From an uncultured Legionella sp. (GTDB lineage Bacteria; Pseudomonadota; Gammaproteobacteria; Legionellales; Legionellaceae): DNA of 29,003 nt. The notes beneath the pieces are model-generated. The model worked only from the letters and a program-made list of their open reading frames with translations, ran no database searches and had not been told where the DNA came from. Below are positions 7,990 to 16,056 of the stretch, in pieces. Numbering within the stretch: the first letter of the stretch is position 1; each line of letters opens with the position of its first letter. The stretch lies in contig CAISKC010000126.1 in assembly GCA_903885895.1 (NCBI GenBank), positions 1-29,003 of the forward strand. The letters run 5' to 3'. A program made the position numbers and the translations under genes.

Positions 7990-10296
7990 ATGAAAACTAT
8001 CCGTAAAAGACTGATGTTGGTTGCGTGCTGTGCGAGTGCATGGGTTTCAACTGTGTCTGCGAGCCAAGGTTTTATTGTTCATGATATCAAAATCAATGGC
8101 TTGAAACGTGTCAGTGAAGGGACTGTGTTGAACTACCTACCAGTTCAGGTAGGAGAGGAAGTCAACGCGGATTCTACGCCTAAAATTATTCGTTCTTTAT
8201 ATGAAACAGGCTTTTTTCAATCCGTTGTGTTGGAGCGACAAGGTTCTGTTTTAATTGTTCAAGTGGTCGAGCGTTCAACAATTGGTTCCATCACAGTTGT
8301 GGGTAATAACGAGATCGCTGGCGATAAAATGAAAGATTTACTTAAAGAAATTGGTTTGGTGAAAGGCCAGGTCTATCAACGTTCCTCCTTAGAGATACTT
8401 AAAAAGAATTTAAAGCAAGCTTATAATGCGCGCGGAAAATACAATGCACGGATTACTTCTAAAGTCACGTCGTTGACTGAGAATCGAGTGGCTATTAATG
8501 TGATCATCTCTGAAGGTCGTGTATCACGGATCAAAGACATTAAAATTATTGGTAATCATGATTTTCCTACCCATGAACTATTATCCTATTTGTCGCTGAA
8601 AAACAGTAATTTCATGACATATTTCACTAAAAAAGATCAGTATTCTAAGGTGGAAATGGATGCCTCCTTAGAGTCATTGCATTCTTTTTACTTAGATCAT
8701 GGTTATTTGAAGTTTAAAATTGTTTCATCGCAAGTGTTATTGGCGCCTGATCGGAAAGATGTGTTCATTAACATTTATATTTCAGAAGGGCCGCAGTACC
8801 GATTTTCTGGCTATGATATACAAGGTAAAACCATTATTTCGAAAGAAAAATTGGCACCATTGATTGAGATCAAAGCTGGAGAAGTGTTTTCTCGTAAATA
8901 TGTGACGCAATCTATTTCTGCAATAAATGCCGCACTAGGCGATATTGGTTATGGGTTTCCTGTAGTCAATGCGGAACCCGTCATTGATGAAGTGCATAAA
9001 ACAGTATCTATTCGTTTTATGATAGATCCCGGTCGCCATGTCTATGTGCGTAGAATTAATTTTCACGGTAATACCAAAACTTCTGATGATTTGTTGCGAA
9101 ATATTATCCGTCAATCGGAAGGGTCATTATTATCATTGCATAATATTAAAGAATCAGAGCGGCAATTACGCTTATTGTCTTATTTGAAAGATATTGATAT
9201 TAAAACGACCCCCATTCCTGGGGCGAATAATCAAGTTGATTTGGATGTTCAAGTCGCTGAGGCGCCTTCAGCTGAAGCCAGTGCCTCTATCGGTTATGGT
9301 ACAACCGGACCACAAGTCAATGCGGCGCTCAATCAATATAACTTTATGGGTACTGGTCGCACAGTTGGTTTTGGATTTGATGCGAGTTGGTGGGGACAAA
9401 ATTATTCTTTTAACTATTTTAATCCCTTCTATACGCAAAACGGTATTGGCCGTGGTATGGATGTTTATTTTCAAAAAGTAGATCCGCGCCATTTAGACGT
9501 GAGCATGTATAATTCGGATCGCTTTGGTGGAGATGTGAATTATTCTATGCGGTTGAGTGATGCCAGCAGTGTCCAGCTTGGTTATGGGTATCAAGGTTTG
9601 GATATTCGTTCGGTTGGGGGTGTGCAATCCATTCAAAATTTTGTCAATTTACATGGTAAACAATTCAATCAGGTCCGTTTGGCAGGTGGGTGGAGTCGCA
9701 ATTCGTATGATCGGATGCCGTTTCCAACGGATGGTACCAATCAACAAGCGGTCATGTGGTTGGTATTACCTGCTTCATCGAATTCATTGAATTATTACAA
9801 AGGCAACTACCAAGCCCATTTATATCAACCGCTGTACAAAGAATTCATTTTGAGCCTTTTGGGCAGTGTTGGTTATGGTAATACTTATAATAAAGCGGGA
9901 TTGCCGTTTTATGAAAACTATTTTGCTGGGGGTATTGCTCAGCCTGGACAAGTGCGTGGTTATGAAAGTTATTCTTTAGGTCCCGTCGACAATTTCGGTA
10001 ATGCGTTGGGTGCGAACTTATTGCTCAATGGTTCTGCAGGTATTGTGCTGCCTTATCCTTTGAGCCGTGAAACAATCCGTTCTACCTTGTTTATCGATGC
10101 AGGAAATGTGTTTGCTGAAGGTATTCCTGCTAATCTGACTGGTTCTGCATCTGGACCATTGCGTTTTTCTGGTGGTATTGCTCTTGAATGGCGTTCTCCA
10201 CTGGGGCCATTGGCGTTTAGTGTTGCGGCACCTATCAATAAACAACCTAGAGACGAAGCGCAGTATTTCCAATTCTCTGCATCAACTGGGTTTTAA
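7990..10296 (+). CDS. bamA: Outer membrane protein assembly factor BamA
   Basis: Likely start ATG 7990 (MKTIRKRLML..., signal peptide); POTRA repeats (IKINGLKRV, ITVVGNNEI, IKIIGNHDF, INFHGNTKT), beta-barrel with VRGY loop-6 motif, terminal Phe. Confidence 0.96.
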   Translation: MKTIRKRLMLVACCASAWVSTVSASQGFIVHDIKINGLKRVSEGTVLNYLPVQVGEEVNADSTPKIIRSLYETGFFQSVVLERQGSVLIVQVVERSTIGSITVVGNNEIAGDKMKDLLKEIGLVKGQVYQRSSLEILKKNLKQAYNARGKYNARITSKVTSLTENRVAINVIISEGRVSRIKDIKIIGNHDFPTHELLSYLSLKNSNFMTYFTKKDQYSKVEMDASLESLHSFYLDHGYLKFKIVSSQVLLAPDRKDVFINIYISEGPQYRFSGYDIQGKTIISKEKLAPLIEIKAGEVFSRKYVTQSISAINAALGDIGYGFPVVNAEPVIDEVHKTVSIRFMIDPGRHVYVRRINFHGNTKTSDDLLRNIIRQSEGSLLSLHNIKESERQLRLLSYLKDIDIKTTPIPGANNQVDLDVQVAEAPSAEASASIGYGTTGPQVNAALNQYNFMGTGRTVGFGFDASWWGQNYSFNYFNPFYTQNGIGRGMDVYFQKVDPRHLDVSMYNSDRFGGDVNYSMRLSDASSVQLGYGYQGLDIRSVGGVQSIQNFVNLHGKQFNQVRLAGGWSRNSYDRMPFPTDGTNQQAVMWLVLPASSNSLNYYKGNYQAHLYQPLYKEFILSLLGSVGYGNTYNKAGLPFYENYFAGGIAQPGQVRGYESYSLGPVDNFGNALGANLLLNGSAGIVLPYPLSRETIRSTLFIDAGNVFAEGIPANLTGSASGPLRFSGGIALEWRSPLGPLAFSVAAPINKQPRDEAQYFQFSASTGF

Positions 10297-10454
10297 GTTC
10301 CGGGGCTTTTCAGATTCAAATGATTTATGCTACGATAAGCCCTGTTTTTGATTTGTTGTAATCAGTCGTTACTTTTTTGACGTTTTTTCAGGTGTTAAAA
10401 TGTGAATGGGTGGTTATGACCAAGCGAAGTGTTCAGTATATTTTGGAGATAAGA

Positions 10455-10952
10455 ATGAAGCGATTAAATATGTGGTTGATGGCGATATTAGCTATGACTA
10501 GTGTTGCGGCGTATGCAGCTGACTCAAGAATTGGGGTGGTGGATTTGCAAAAAATTATGCAGACATCTGCACAGATGAAAACAATTCAAGATAAATTAGA
10601 AGCTGAGTTCAAAACTCGTCGTGATAAATTGATTGCGATGGAAGCGACTTTGAAAAAAAATATGGAAGATTTCAAGCGTGATACAGCTGTTTTGAGCCAA
10701 TCTCAGCGTAAAACCTTAGAGAAAAAAATTGTGAGTGATCAACAACAATTCGAACGTGATGGTCAACAATATCAACAAGAATTGAGTACGGCTCATAATG
10801 AGGAAATGGAAAAATTCTATAGCAAAATCCGTAAAGCGATTGCAACAGTAGCAGAATCTGAAAAATATGATCTCGTATTTCAAAAAGATGCTGCACCTTT
10901 TAGTGTAGACAAATTGGATATGACAGCGAAGGTCATGCAAGAGCTTAAATAG
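10455..10952 (+). CDS. skp: Periplasmic chaperone Skp/OmpH
   Basis: Likely start ATG 10455 after GGAG; signal peptide, RIGVVDLQKI, coiled-coil body, YDLVF...DMTAKVMQEL; follows bamA. Confidence 0.92.
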   Translation: MKRLNMWLMAILAMTSVAAYAADSRIGVVDLQKIMQTSAQMKTIQDKLEAEFKTRRDKLIAMEATLKKNMEDFKRDTAVLSQSQRKTLEKKIVSDQQQFERDGQQYQQELSTAHNEEMEKFYSKIRKAIATVAESEKYDLVFQKDAAPFSVDKLDMTAKVMQELK

Positions 10953-10979
10953 GGTTTCTTTATCTTGGTTGAAATGGCG

Positions 10980-11058
10980 CATTATCCGGAGCGCAGAGAA
11001 GAATCTCTATGATTAGGCACACCTTGCCAGGAGAGCATTCGATACGGTCTGGATGATG
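10980..11058. repeat. Decayed palindromic (REP/RPE-like) element
   Basis: 29-nt arms 10980-11008 and 11030-11058 pair at 19/29 Watson-Crick positions plus 3 G-T; the left arm resembles the GTCATCCTGAGCGCAGCGAAGGATCT repeat type (from memory, unsearched). Confidence 0.5.
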
Positions 11059-11097
11059 TGAGCTATTGTGACGTAAGTTGGCTAATTGTTCATATGT

Positions 11098-11224
11098 TGT
11101 AACTGCTCATACCATCCGTCTTTGCGAGCGCAGCAAAGCAATCTAGTGGCCTAATGCGGTGTCGATAAAAACCACTAGATTGCTTCGCCTACGGCTCGCA
11201 AAGACGGGGGGGTGAGCAGTTACA
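11098..11224. mobile_element. 127-bp composite MITE-like element: 12-bp TIRs, 6-bp target-site duplication, internal CGTC-type palindrome
   Basis: TGTAACTGCTCA (11098-11109) / TGAGCAGTTACA (11213-11224); ATATGT direct repeat at 11092-11097 and 11225-11230; two further perfect 14-bp stems inside (11116-11129/11194-11207 and 11136-11149/11172-11185) around a 22-nt loop. Confidence 0.8.
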
Positions 11225-11269
11225 ATATGTTTTATTTTTGTAAACCCCTATTACTAAGAGAGAAGTTAG

Positions 11270-11731
11270 ATGAACAACTCGGTGGATGCGAATACCATAT
11301 TACGCCTGTTACCACACCGTTATCCATTCTTATTGGTGGATCGTGTCTTGGATTATAAACCCTTTGAATTTTTAACAGCCATTAAAAATGTTAGTATTAA
11401 TGAGCCGTTTTTCGTAGGACATTTTCCAGGTAATCCGATTATGCCCGGTGTCCTGATATTAGAGTCTTTGGCACAAGCCGGCGCAATTTTTTCTAATTTA
11501 TCGCGCTCACCAGAGGAAGGGTATGAGTTTTTGTATTTTTTTGCGGGCATCGATAATGCAAAATTTAAACAAGTCGTGACGCCTGGTGATCAGCTATCGT
11601 TACGTGTGACTTTGAATGCGCAAAAGCGTGATTTTTGGAAGATGCATGGTGAAGTGTATGTGGATGATAAATTGGCTTGTTCAGCTGATTTAATGAGTGC
11701 CGCAAAGCAAGTTAAAAAGGAAAAAATATAG
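11270..11731 (+). CDS. fabZ: 3-hydroxyacyl-ACP dehydratase FabZ
   Basis: LLPHRYPFLLVDRV, KNVSINEPFF.GHFPGNPIMPGVLILESLAQ, F.QVVTPGDQL. Confidence 0.97.
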   Translation: MNNSVDANTILRLLPHRYPFLLVDRVLDYKPFEFLTAIKNVSINEPFFVGHFPGNPIMPGVLILESLAQAGAIFSNLSRSPEEGYEFLYFFAGIDNAKFKQVVTPGDQLSLRVTLNAQKRDFWKMHGEVYVDDKLACSADLMSAAKQVKKEKI

Positions 11732-12498
11732 TGATATCTGAGCAAGCGATCATCCATCCATCGGCAAATATTGCTGAGGGTGTTGTGATAGGTCCTGGTA
11801 CGATTATTGGTGCTGATGTAGAAATTGGTGCAGGTACTTGGGTGGGGCCTCATGTGGTTCTTCAAGGCCCAACCAAAATTGGTGAGAATAATAAAATTTT
11901 TCAATTTGCCTCGGTGGGTGATGCACCTCAGGACAAAACATACCAAAATGAACCGACACGTTTAGAAATAGGCAATAATAATATTATTCGTGAATTTTCT
12001 ATGATTAGTCGTGGTACAGTCAAAGGCGGCGGTGTAACGCAAATTGGTAATGATAATTTCTTTATGGCGTATACACATGTTGGACATGATTGCCGGATTG
12101 GAAATTATGTTACGATGATCAATTATTCTGCGTTATCTGGGCATGTTACCGTTCGTGATTATGCTTATATCGGAGGTTATGCGGCAATCCATCAGTTTTG
12201 TCATGTTGGTGCTTACGCATTTGTAGCGCGCGCAACGTATATTACGAAGGATATATTGCCTTATTTAATGATTGCCGAAGATACCTCTGCTTGCGGACTC
12301 AATACAGTAGGATTACGGCGTGCAGGGTTTTCATCTCTGACCATCGATAATTTGCGCCGAGCCTATAAAGTTATTTTTCGTAAGGGGTTCACGATTCAGC
12401 AAGCAATCGCAGAATTAGAAGCTATGCGATCGGAGTGTCCAGAAGTGAGCACTTTGATAGACGCTTTGAACCTGTCTAAGCGTGGTATCCTTCGCTAA
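11731..12498 (+). CDS. lpxA: Acyl-ACP--UDP-N-acetylglucosamine acyltransferase LpxA
   Basis: Hexapeptide left-handed beta-helix repeats; HVGHDC (H119 aligns to E. coli catalytic H125), LSGHV, HQFC, GLN.VGLRR.GF; GTG start shares one base with the fabZ TAG. Confidence 0.96.
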   Translation: MISEQAIIHPSANIAEGVVIGPGTIIGADVEIGAGTWVGPHVVLQGPTKIGENNKIFQFASVGDAPQDKTYQNEPTRLEIGNNNIIREFSMISRGTVKGGGVTQIGNDNFFMAYTHVGHDCRIGNYVTMINYSALSGHVTVRDYAYIGGYAAIHQFCHVGAYAFVARATYITKDILPYLMIAEDTSACGLNTVGLRRAGFSSLTIDNLRRAYKVIFRKGFTIQQAIAELEAMRSECPEVSTLIDALNLSKRGILR

Positions 12499-12542
12499 GC
12501 ACGTTCGATCAGCTTTGGCGATGATGTAGCGCTGCGCGCGAT

Positions 12543-12565
12543 GGTTGGGTCAAGGCCCAACCTAC
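12543..12565 (-). repeat. GTAG-type REP hairpin between convergent genes; possible terminator of the lpxA operon
   Basis: Minus strand reads GTAG-GTTGGG-CCTTGA-CCCAAC-C; plus strand gives a 7-bp stem GGTTGGG/CCCAACC followed by TACTTATTTTTC. Confidence 0.6.
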
Positions 12566-12584
12566 TTATTTTTCTTATACACAC

Positions 12585-14027
12585 TCAACTTTTTCGTCCT
12601 CCACGGGATTTCGTAGTCCCGTGCTGCGGGTGTTCATCTGCCATGGGTGCAGCAGGCGCTGGCGGCGTGGTGATTTCTTGAATGAACTGTTTGGAGCCTT
12701 TGAGTGGATTATTATTGGGTAGTGTGGCAATCAGTGCTGTCAGTTCTTCCTTGAATGTTTGGTGAGCTTGCATGCGTGCTGGAAATGCCATGGTTTGATG
12801 CTTCGTGTTTTCTGCTATTTGCCATAGAATCAATTTATTAGATATATCTAATAGTAAGCGGGATTCTTTACCTTGCGGGAGACTTTGCGCAAATTTTTTG
12901 ATGGCTTCTGAGAGCTTGGTGAGCGCATTGAAATTGGCGATATGGTTAGGATCTTTTTCCGCATCTTGTCTAAAAAAACTGTTTCTGGATGCAACTTTTT
13001 TTTCAAGGTAGGCAACGCGGTCGGTTGCGATAGTTAATAAACGTTCGCTGAATGTATTTTTTAGTGCTACACGCTCGGGATTATTAATCTGCTCTAGCGT
13101 CAGTGTTTTTTCTTGTACGAGCTTTATTGTTGCAGATTGTGCTTGTCTTAATGTTTCTAGCGGTGCTATTTTTCGTTCGAATGCTTTATCGTGCATTTGC
13201 TTGGTTAATGTTTCGCATTCTTTAGTAGTACTCGCTATTTGTTTTTGTAATTGCTTGATAGTTTGCTTTGATTCTTCTATCGCTCTTCTAGTGTCGGAAA
13301 GTTGCGCAATGGTGCTTTTTTGATGGAGCATTTGCAATTTTTCAGCAGAGATATGCTGTTCTTGGGTCTGGAGTTGTTCTAATGTTGCTTCGATCTGAGC
13401 GTAATCGCTGATGGACTGGGTGATTTGTGCTATCTCTTCCGTAACATAAAGTAATCTTTCTTGTTCATGTGCTAGCGGATCCGTACGCCATCCTAGAAAG
13501 CTTAGAAGGTTGCACAAGATCTTAACGACTATATTTAGTCTTTCCTCAAGAGAGGTTAAATATACAATTTCATCTGCAATACGGTCCAAGACAGCTAGCT
13601 TTTCTTTGAGCTCTATTTGTAGTTTTTGCTCAGTGCTACTGCTAATATAAGGGTGATTTTCACGAAATGCTGCGATTTCCTCTGAAATCTCAATTTTTTG
13701 AGTCTCTAATGTTCTCAATGATTCATCAATAGAGTTTTGGTTTCTTTCAATGGCAGCATAAGCATCTACAAGTGATTCATTGGCTCTAAGTTTGGTTTCG
13801 TGTTTGACTAAGGCTGCTTCCCATTGTGCTATGAGATCGTGTTTCGTGTCGATGTTTTCTATAATCGATGCGTGTTTGTGACGCTGCTGCTCGATAGCTT
13901 CTATATTCGAAATCTTCTCATCTAATACACCGATCTCGTTTCTTAAGCGGGTGATATCTCTGTTTAGGTTGGCTACCTGGGCTGTGGTGCTTTGTTGATA
14001 TTCGTCTCTCTCGGCTCTAAAGTCCAT
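12585..14027 (-). CDS. Hypothetical coiled-coil protein, candidate Dot/Icm effector
   Basis: 480 aa, heptad-rich (E/Q/K/I/L), one hydrophobic stretch at residues 166-180, Pro-rich then basic C-terminal tail; SD-like AGGA upstream. No family recognised; effector status is inference only. Confidence 0.8.
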   Translation of the reverse strand: MDFRAERDEYQQSTTAQVANLNRDITRLRNEIGVLDEKISNIEAIEQQRHKHASIIENIDTKHDLIAQWEAALVKHETKLRANESLVDAYAAIERNQNSIDESLRTLETQKIEISEEIAAFRENHPYISSSTEQKLQIELKEKLAVLDRIADEIVYLTSLEERLNIVVKILCNLLSFLGWRTDPLAHEQERLLYVTEEIAQITQSISDYAQIEATLEQLQTQEQHISAEKLQMLHQKSTIAQLSDTRRAIEESKQTIKQLQKQIASTTKECETLTKQMHDKAFERKIAPLETLRQAQSATIKLVQEKTLTLEQINNPERVALKNTFSERLLTIATDRVAYLEKKVASRNSFFRQDAEKDPNHIANFNALTKLSEAIKKFAQSLPQGKESRLLLDISNKLILWQIAENTKHQTMAFPARMQAHQTFKEELTALIATLPNNNPLKGSKQFIQEITTPPAPAAPMADEHPQHGTTKSRGGRKS

Positions 14028-14076
14028 TTTGGAGTTCCTGTAAAATAATTTGATAAATTAAATCACTATTAATATT

Positions 14077-14104
14077 AAATTAGCACAGTATGGGCGTATT
14101 GCAA
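14077..14104 (-). promoter_or_regulatory. Possible sigma70 promoter for the coiled-coil gene
   Basis: Minus strand TTGCAA-N16-TAATTT with TG at the extended -10 position, about 50 nt upstream of the ATG. The region is AT-rich, so a chance match is possible. Confidence 0.3.
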
Positions 14105-14135
14105 GTTGTTTTATAGGCCATATCAGTTTGTTCTA

Positions 14136-14945
14136 TTAATTCTTTCGGTGTTTGCTAGGGTGTGTTGTTTTAGATTCTGCATCAGGATCTTCTGAATTTT
14201 TCTTAGTGGCGTTGTTGTTAGGTGATCCGGGGATGAGTTTCGTATAAATGCTAGTAAAGAAGCTGACTTTTAAGAGTGTTGATTGGTCTTTGTTGGGTTT
14301 TGGCGTGAAGCCGGTGATGCCAATAGACTTTAGTTTATTAAGAAAATAATTAAATTCAGAGTCTTTGATATCTAAAATAGCTTGATCATGGATATGAAAT
14401 TCTGAGCTATCTATTTGGTGCTGTAACTCATCTATGATCATAGTGAGCGTTTTGTATTTCTGCTTGTGGTGATGCAGGATATCTATTTTCATGATGGAAT
14501 GTTCGAACTTGGTGATTTTCTTCTCAAGTAGTTGTTGGTGAGTACGGGCGGCTGTAAGGAGCATTTCTATACGATTAATTTTAGTCGTATCTTCATCAAA
14601 TAAGGGTATGTCATCATCGAGCTGAGCATTGATAACTGTTTCAATTTCATCAACTTTTTGTAGAGCATATTTTAAACTATGTTCAGATGGAAATAGTAAT
14701 TGTAAAACTGCTCCAAATTTTTTATGGATTTCTTATTGTAAATAGTATTTGACGAAATCATTTAAACGATTCCTTTCGCGTAGCAGGTCGGTGATTTTAG
14801 CTTGAGTGACAATGCTTAGTTGCTTATAGCGTTTCAATTCAGGATCGGATAACCCCATTTTTTCGTCAAATAGGCTTACTTTGCCGCCTAAAATGCTTTC
14901 ATCAGAATGCTGAGAAGAGGATTTGCGTGATTTAGGGCGAGTCAT
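14136..14945 (-). pseudogene. Orphan 269-codon helical protein gene interrupted by one in-frame TAA
   Basis: Track ORFs 14733-14945 and 14136-14564 share a frame and the 56 codons between them are open (EIHKKFGAVLQLLFPSEHSLKYALQKVDEIETVINAQLDDDIPLFDEDTTKINRIE); the only break is TAA at 14733-14735. Confidence 0.75.
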
Positions 14946-15138
14946 ATTCCAGCATTCCTCTGATATGAATAAATATTGGGTCTACAGTAAATTATTAGAC
15001 CATAAGGTCGGTATAGTCAAATTAGTGCAAAATAAAAACATATAAAAAGGGTGTTTATGACTCTAGGAGACATAAGGTATATTTTATGAGAAGGTTCATG
15101 TATAATTTTCGGCTAATTTGTAAAATTATGGTGTTGTG

Positions 15139-15543
15139 ATGTGTGGCATAAAAATACTGAGCTTGACTGGGTTGTTGTGGACCTGCTCCATGTTGTTTGC
15201 TGCTGATTTGAATGATAAACAATGGACTGCTTCCCGCTTAATGTGTCAAAAATCAGTCTCTTATCTTGTAAATGGTGCTAGTTCAGAGGTGCTGGTCAGT
15301 GGTTCTTTTGAAAATGGTGACTCGATTTATTTTGTGATGCCACCTAAATCTTCTCATGCTTTGGATTTTGAAATAAAATCTAACTATTGGTTTTCTCCTA
15401 AAGCCAAACATCACACGGCTACTGTGACAGCGACCAACGCTGTAAACGGGGAGCATTTATTTTCTGGTACCGTTAATTCATGTGACAACCTTATTATTAC
15501 CGGGCCAGTGCGTATGCATGCGTATCAAATGAATTGGGCGTAA
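15139..15543 (+). CDS. Hypothetical exported protein
   Basis: About 134 aa; Sec-type signal peptide (KILSLTGLLWTCSMLFA-A), beta-rich mature part with two Cys; TATAAT at 15101-15106 upstream. Start may be GTG 15136 or ATG 15139. Confidence 0.7.
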   Translation: MCGIKILSLTGLLWTCSMLFAADLNDKQWTASRLMCQKSVSYLVNGASSEVLVSGSFENGDSIYFVMPPKSSHALDFEIKSNYWFSPKAKHHTATVTATNAVNGEHLFSGTVNSCDNLIITGPVRMHAYQMNWA

Positions 15544-15576
15544 TCTTGATGGCGTGCAGCGTAAAGAAAGTTTTGG

Positions 15577-16056
15577 TTATTGGACCAGTTCTAATAATCC
15601 ATTTACTGCGATGCTCACACATGTTTTGCGTATCGTGGCGCGGGTGCCACTGAGATGATGGACTTGGGTGCGCGTGGGTTGGTTGTGACATGCCCATGCA
15701 AACCAAACGGTGCCAACGGGCTTTTCCAAGCTGCCGCCCTCCGGGCCTGCAATACCGCTGATTGCGAGGCTGAGTTGAACTTGAGTGCGTTGTAATAGTC
15801 CTTCTGCCATTGCCGTGACGGTTTCTTGGCTGACAGCACCAAATTGACTTAGTATTTCGGGCGTGACGCCAAGAAATTGTTGTTTGGCGGCATTTGAGTA
15901 TGTCACCAATCCACAGTCAAACCACTGAGAGCTACCTGGATAAGCGGTCATTGCAGCTGATACAAGGCCACCTGTGCAAGATTCGGCTACTGCGCAGCGG
16001 TTATTTTTTTGAATCAGGCGTTTCGCTAAGCGTTTTACCAATAATGGGTTAGCCAA
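15577..16056 (-). CDS. pncC: CinA C-terminal domain protein / nicotinamide mononucleotide deamidase PncC
   Basis: AVAESCTGG, GLVTYSNAAK, GAVS, SGIAGPEGG, KPVGTVW; TTG start overlapping the upstream gene's stop by 8 nt. Confidence 0.9.
   Translation of the reverse strand: MANPLLVKRLAKRLIQKNNRCAVAESCTGGLVSAAMTAYPGSSQWFDCGLVTYSNAAKQQFLGVTPEILSQFGAVSQETVTAMAEGLLQRTQVQLSLAISGIAGPEGGSLEKPVGTVWFAWACHNQPTRTQVHHLSGTRATIRKTCVSIAVNGLLELVQ

Noticed and set aside
10303-10350. GGGCTT...AAGCCC plus T-run between bamA and skp as a terminator
   Set aside because: Only 6 bp with a 28-nt loop; too weak to call.
7930-10454. Extended N-termini given by the track for bamA (7930) and skp (10377); likewise cdsA (5747), envC (3494), gpmI (5016)
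   Set aside because: Downstream ATGs give typical lengths, signal peptides, SD spacing or stop-start overlaps; the extensions are just the longest open frame.
12499-12584. Absence of lpxB-rnhB after lpxA
   Set aside because: As I recall these genes are also unlinked from lpxA in Legionella, so this is expected for the lineage.
14071-14079. PmrA-box-like TTTAATATT upstream of the coiled-coil gene
   Set aside because: Only a half-site with no partner repeat 11 nt away, in very AT-rich DNA.
14979-15009. Short inverted repeats (GGTCTA-N11-TAGACC, GACC-ATAA-GGTC) in the divergent promoter region as an operator
   Set aside because: Arms of 4-6 bp are expected by chance and no matching site occurs elsewhere in the window.
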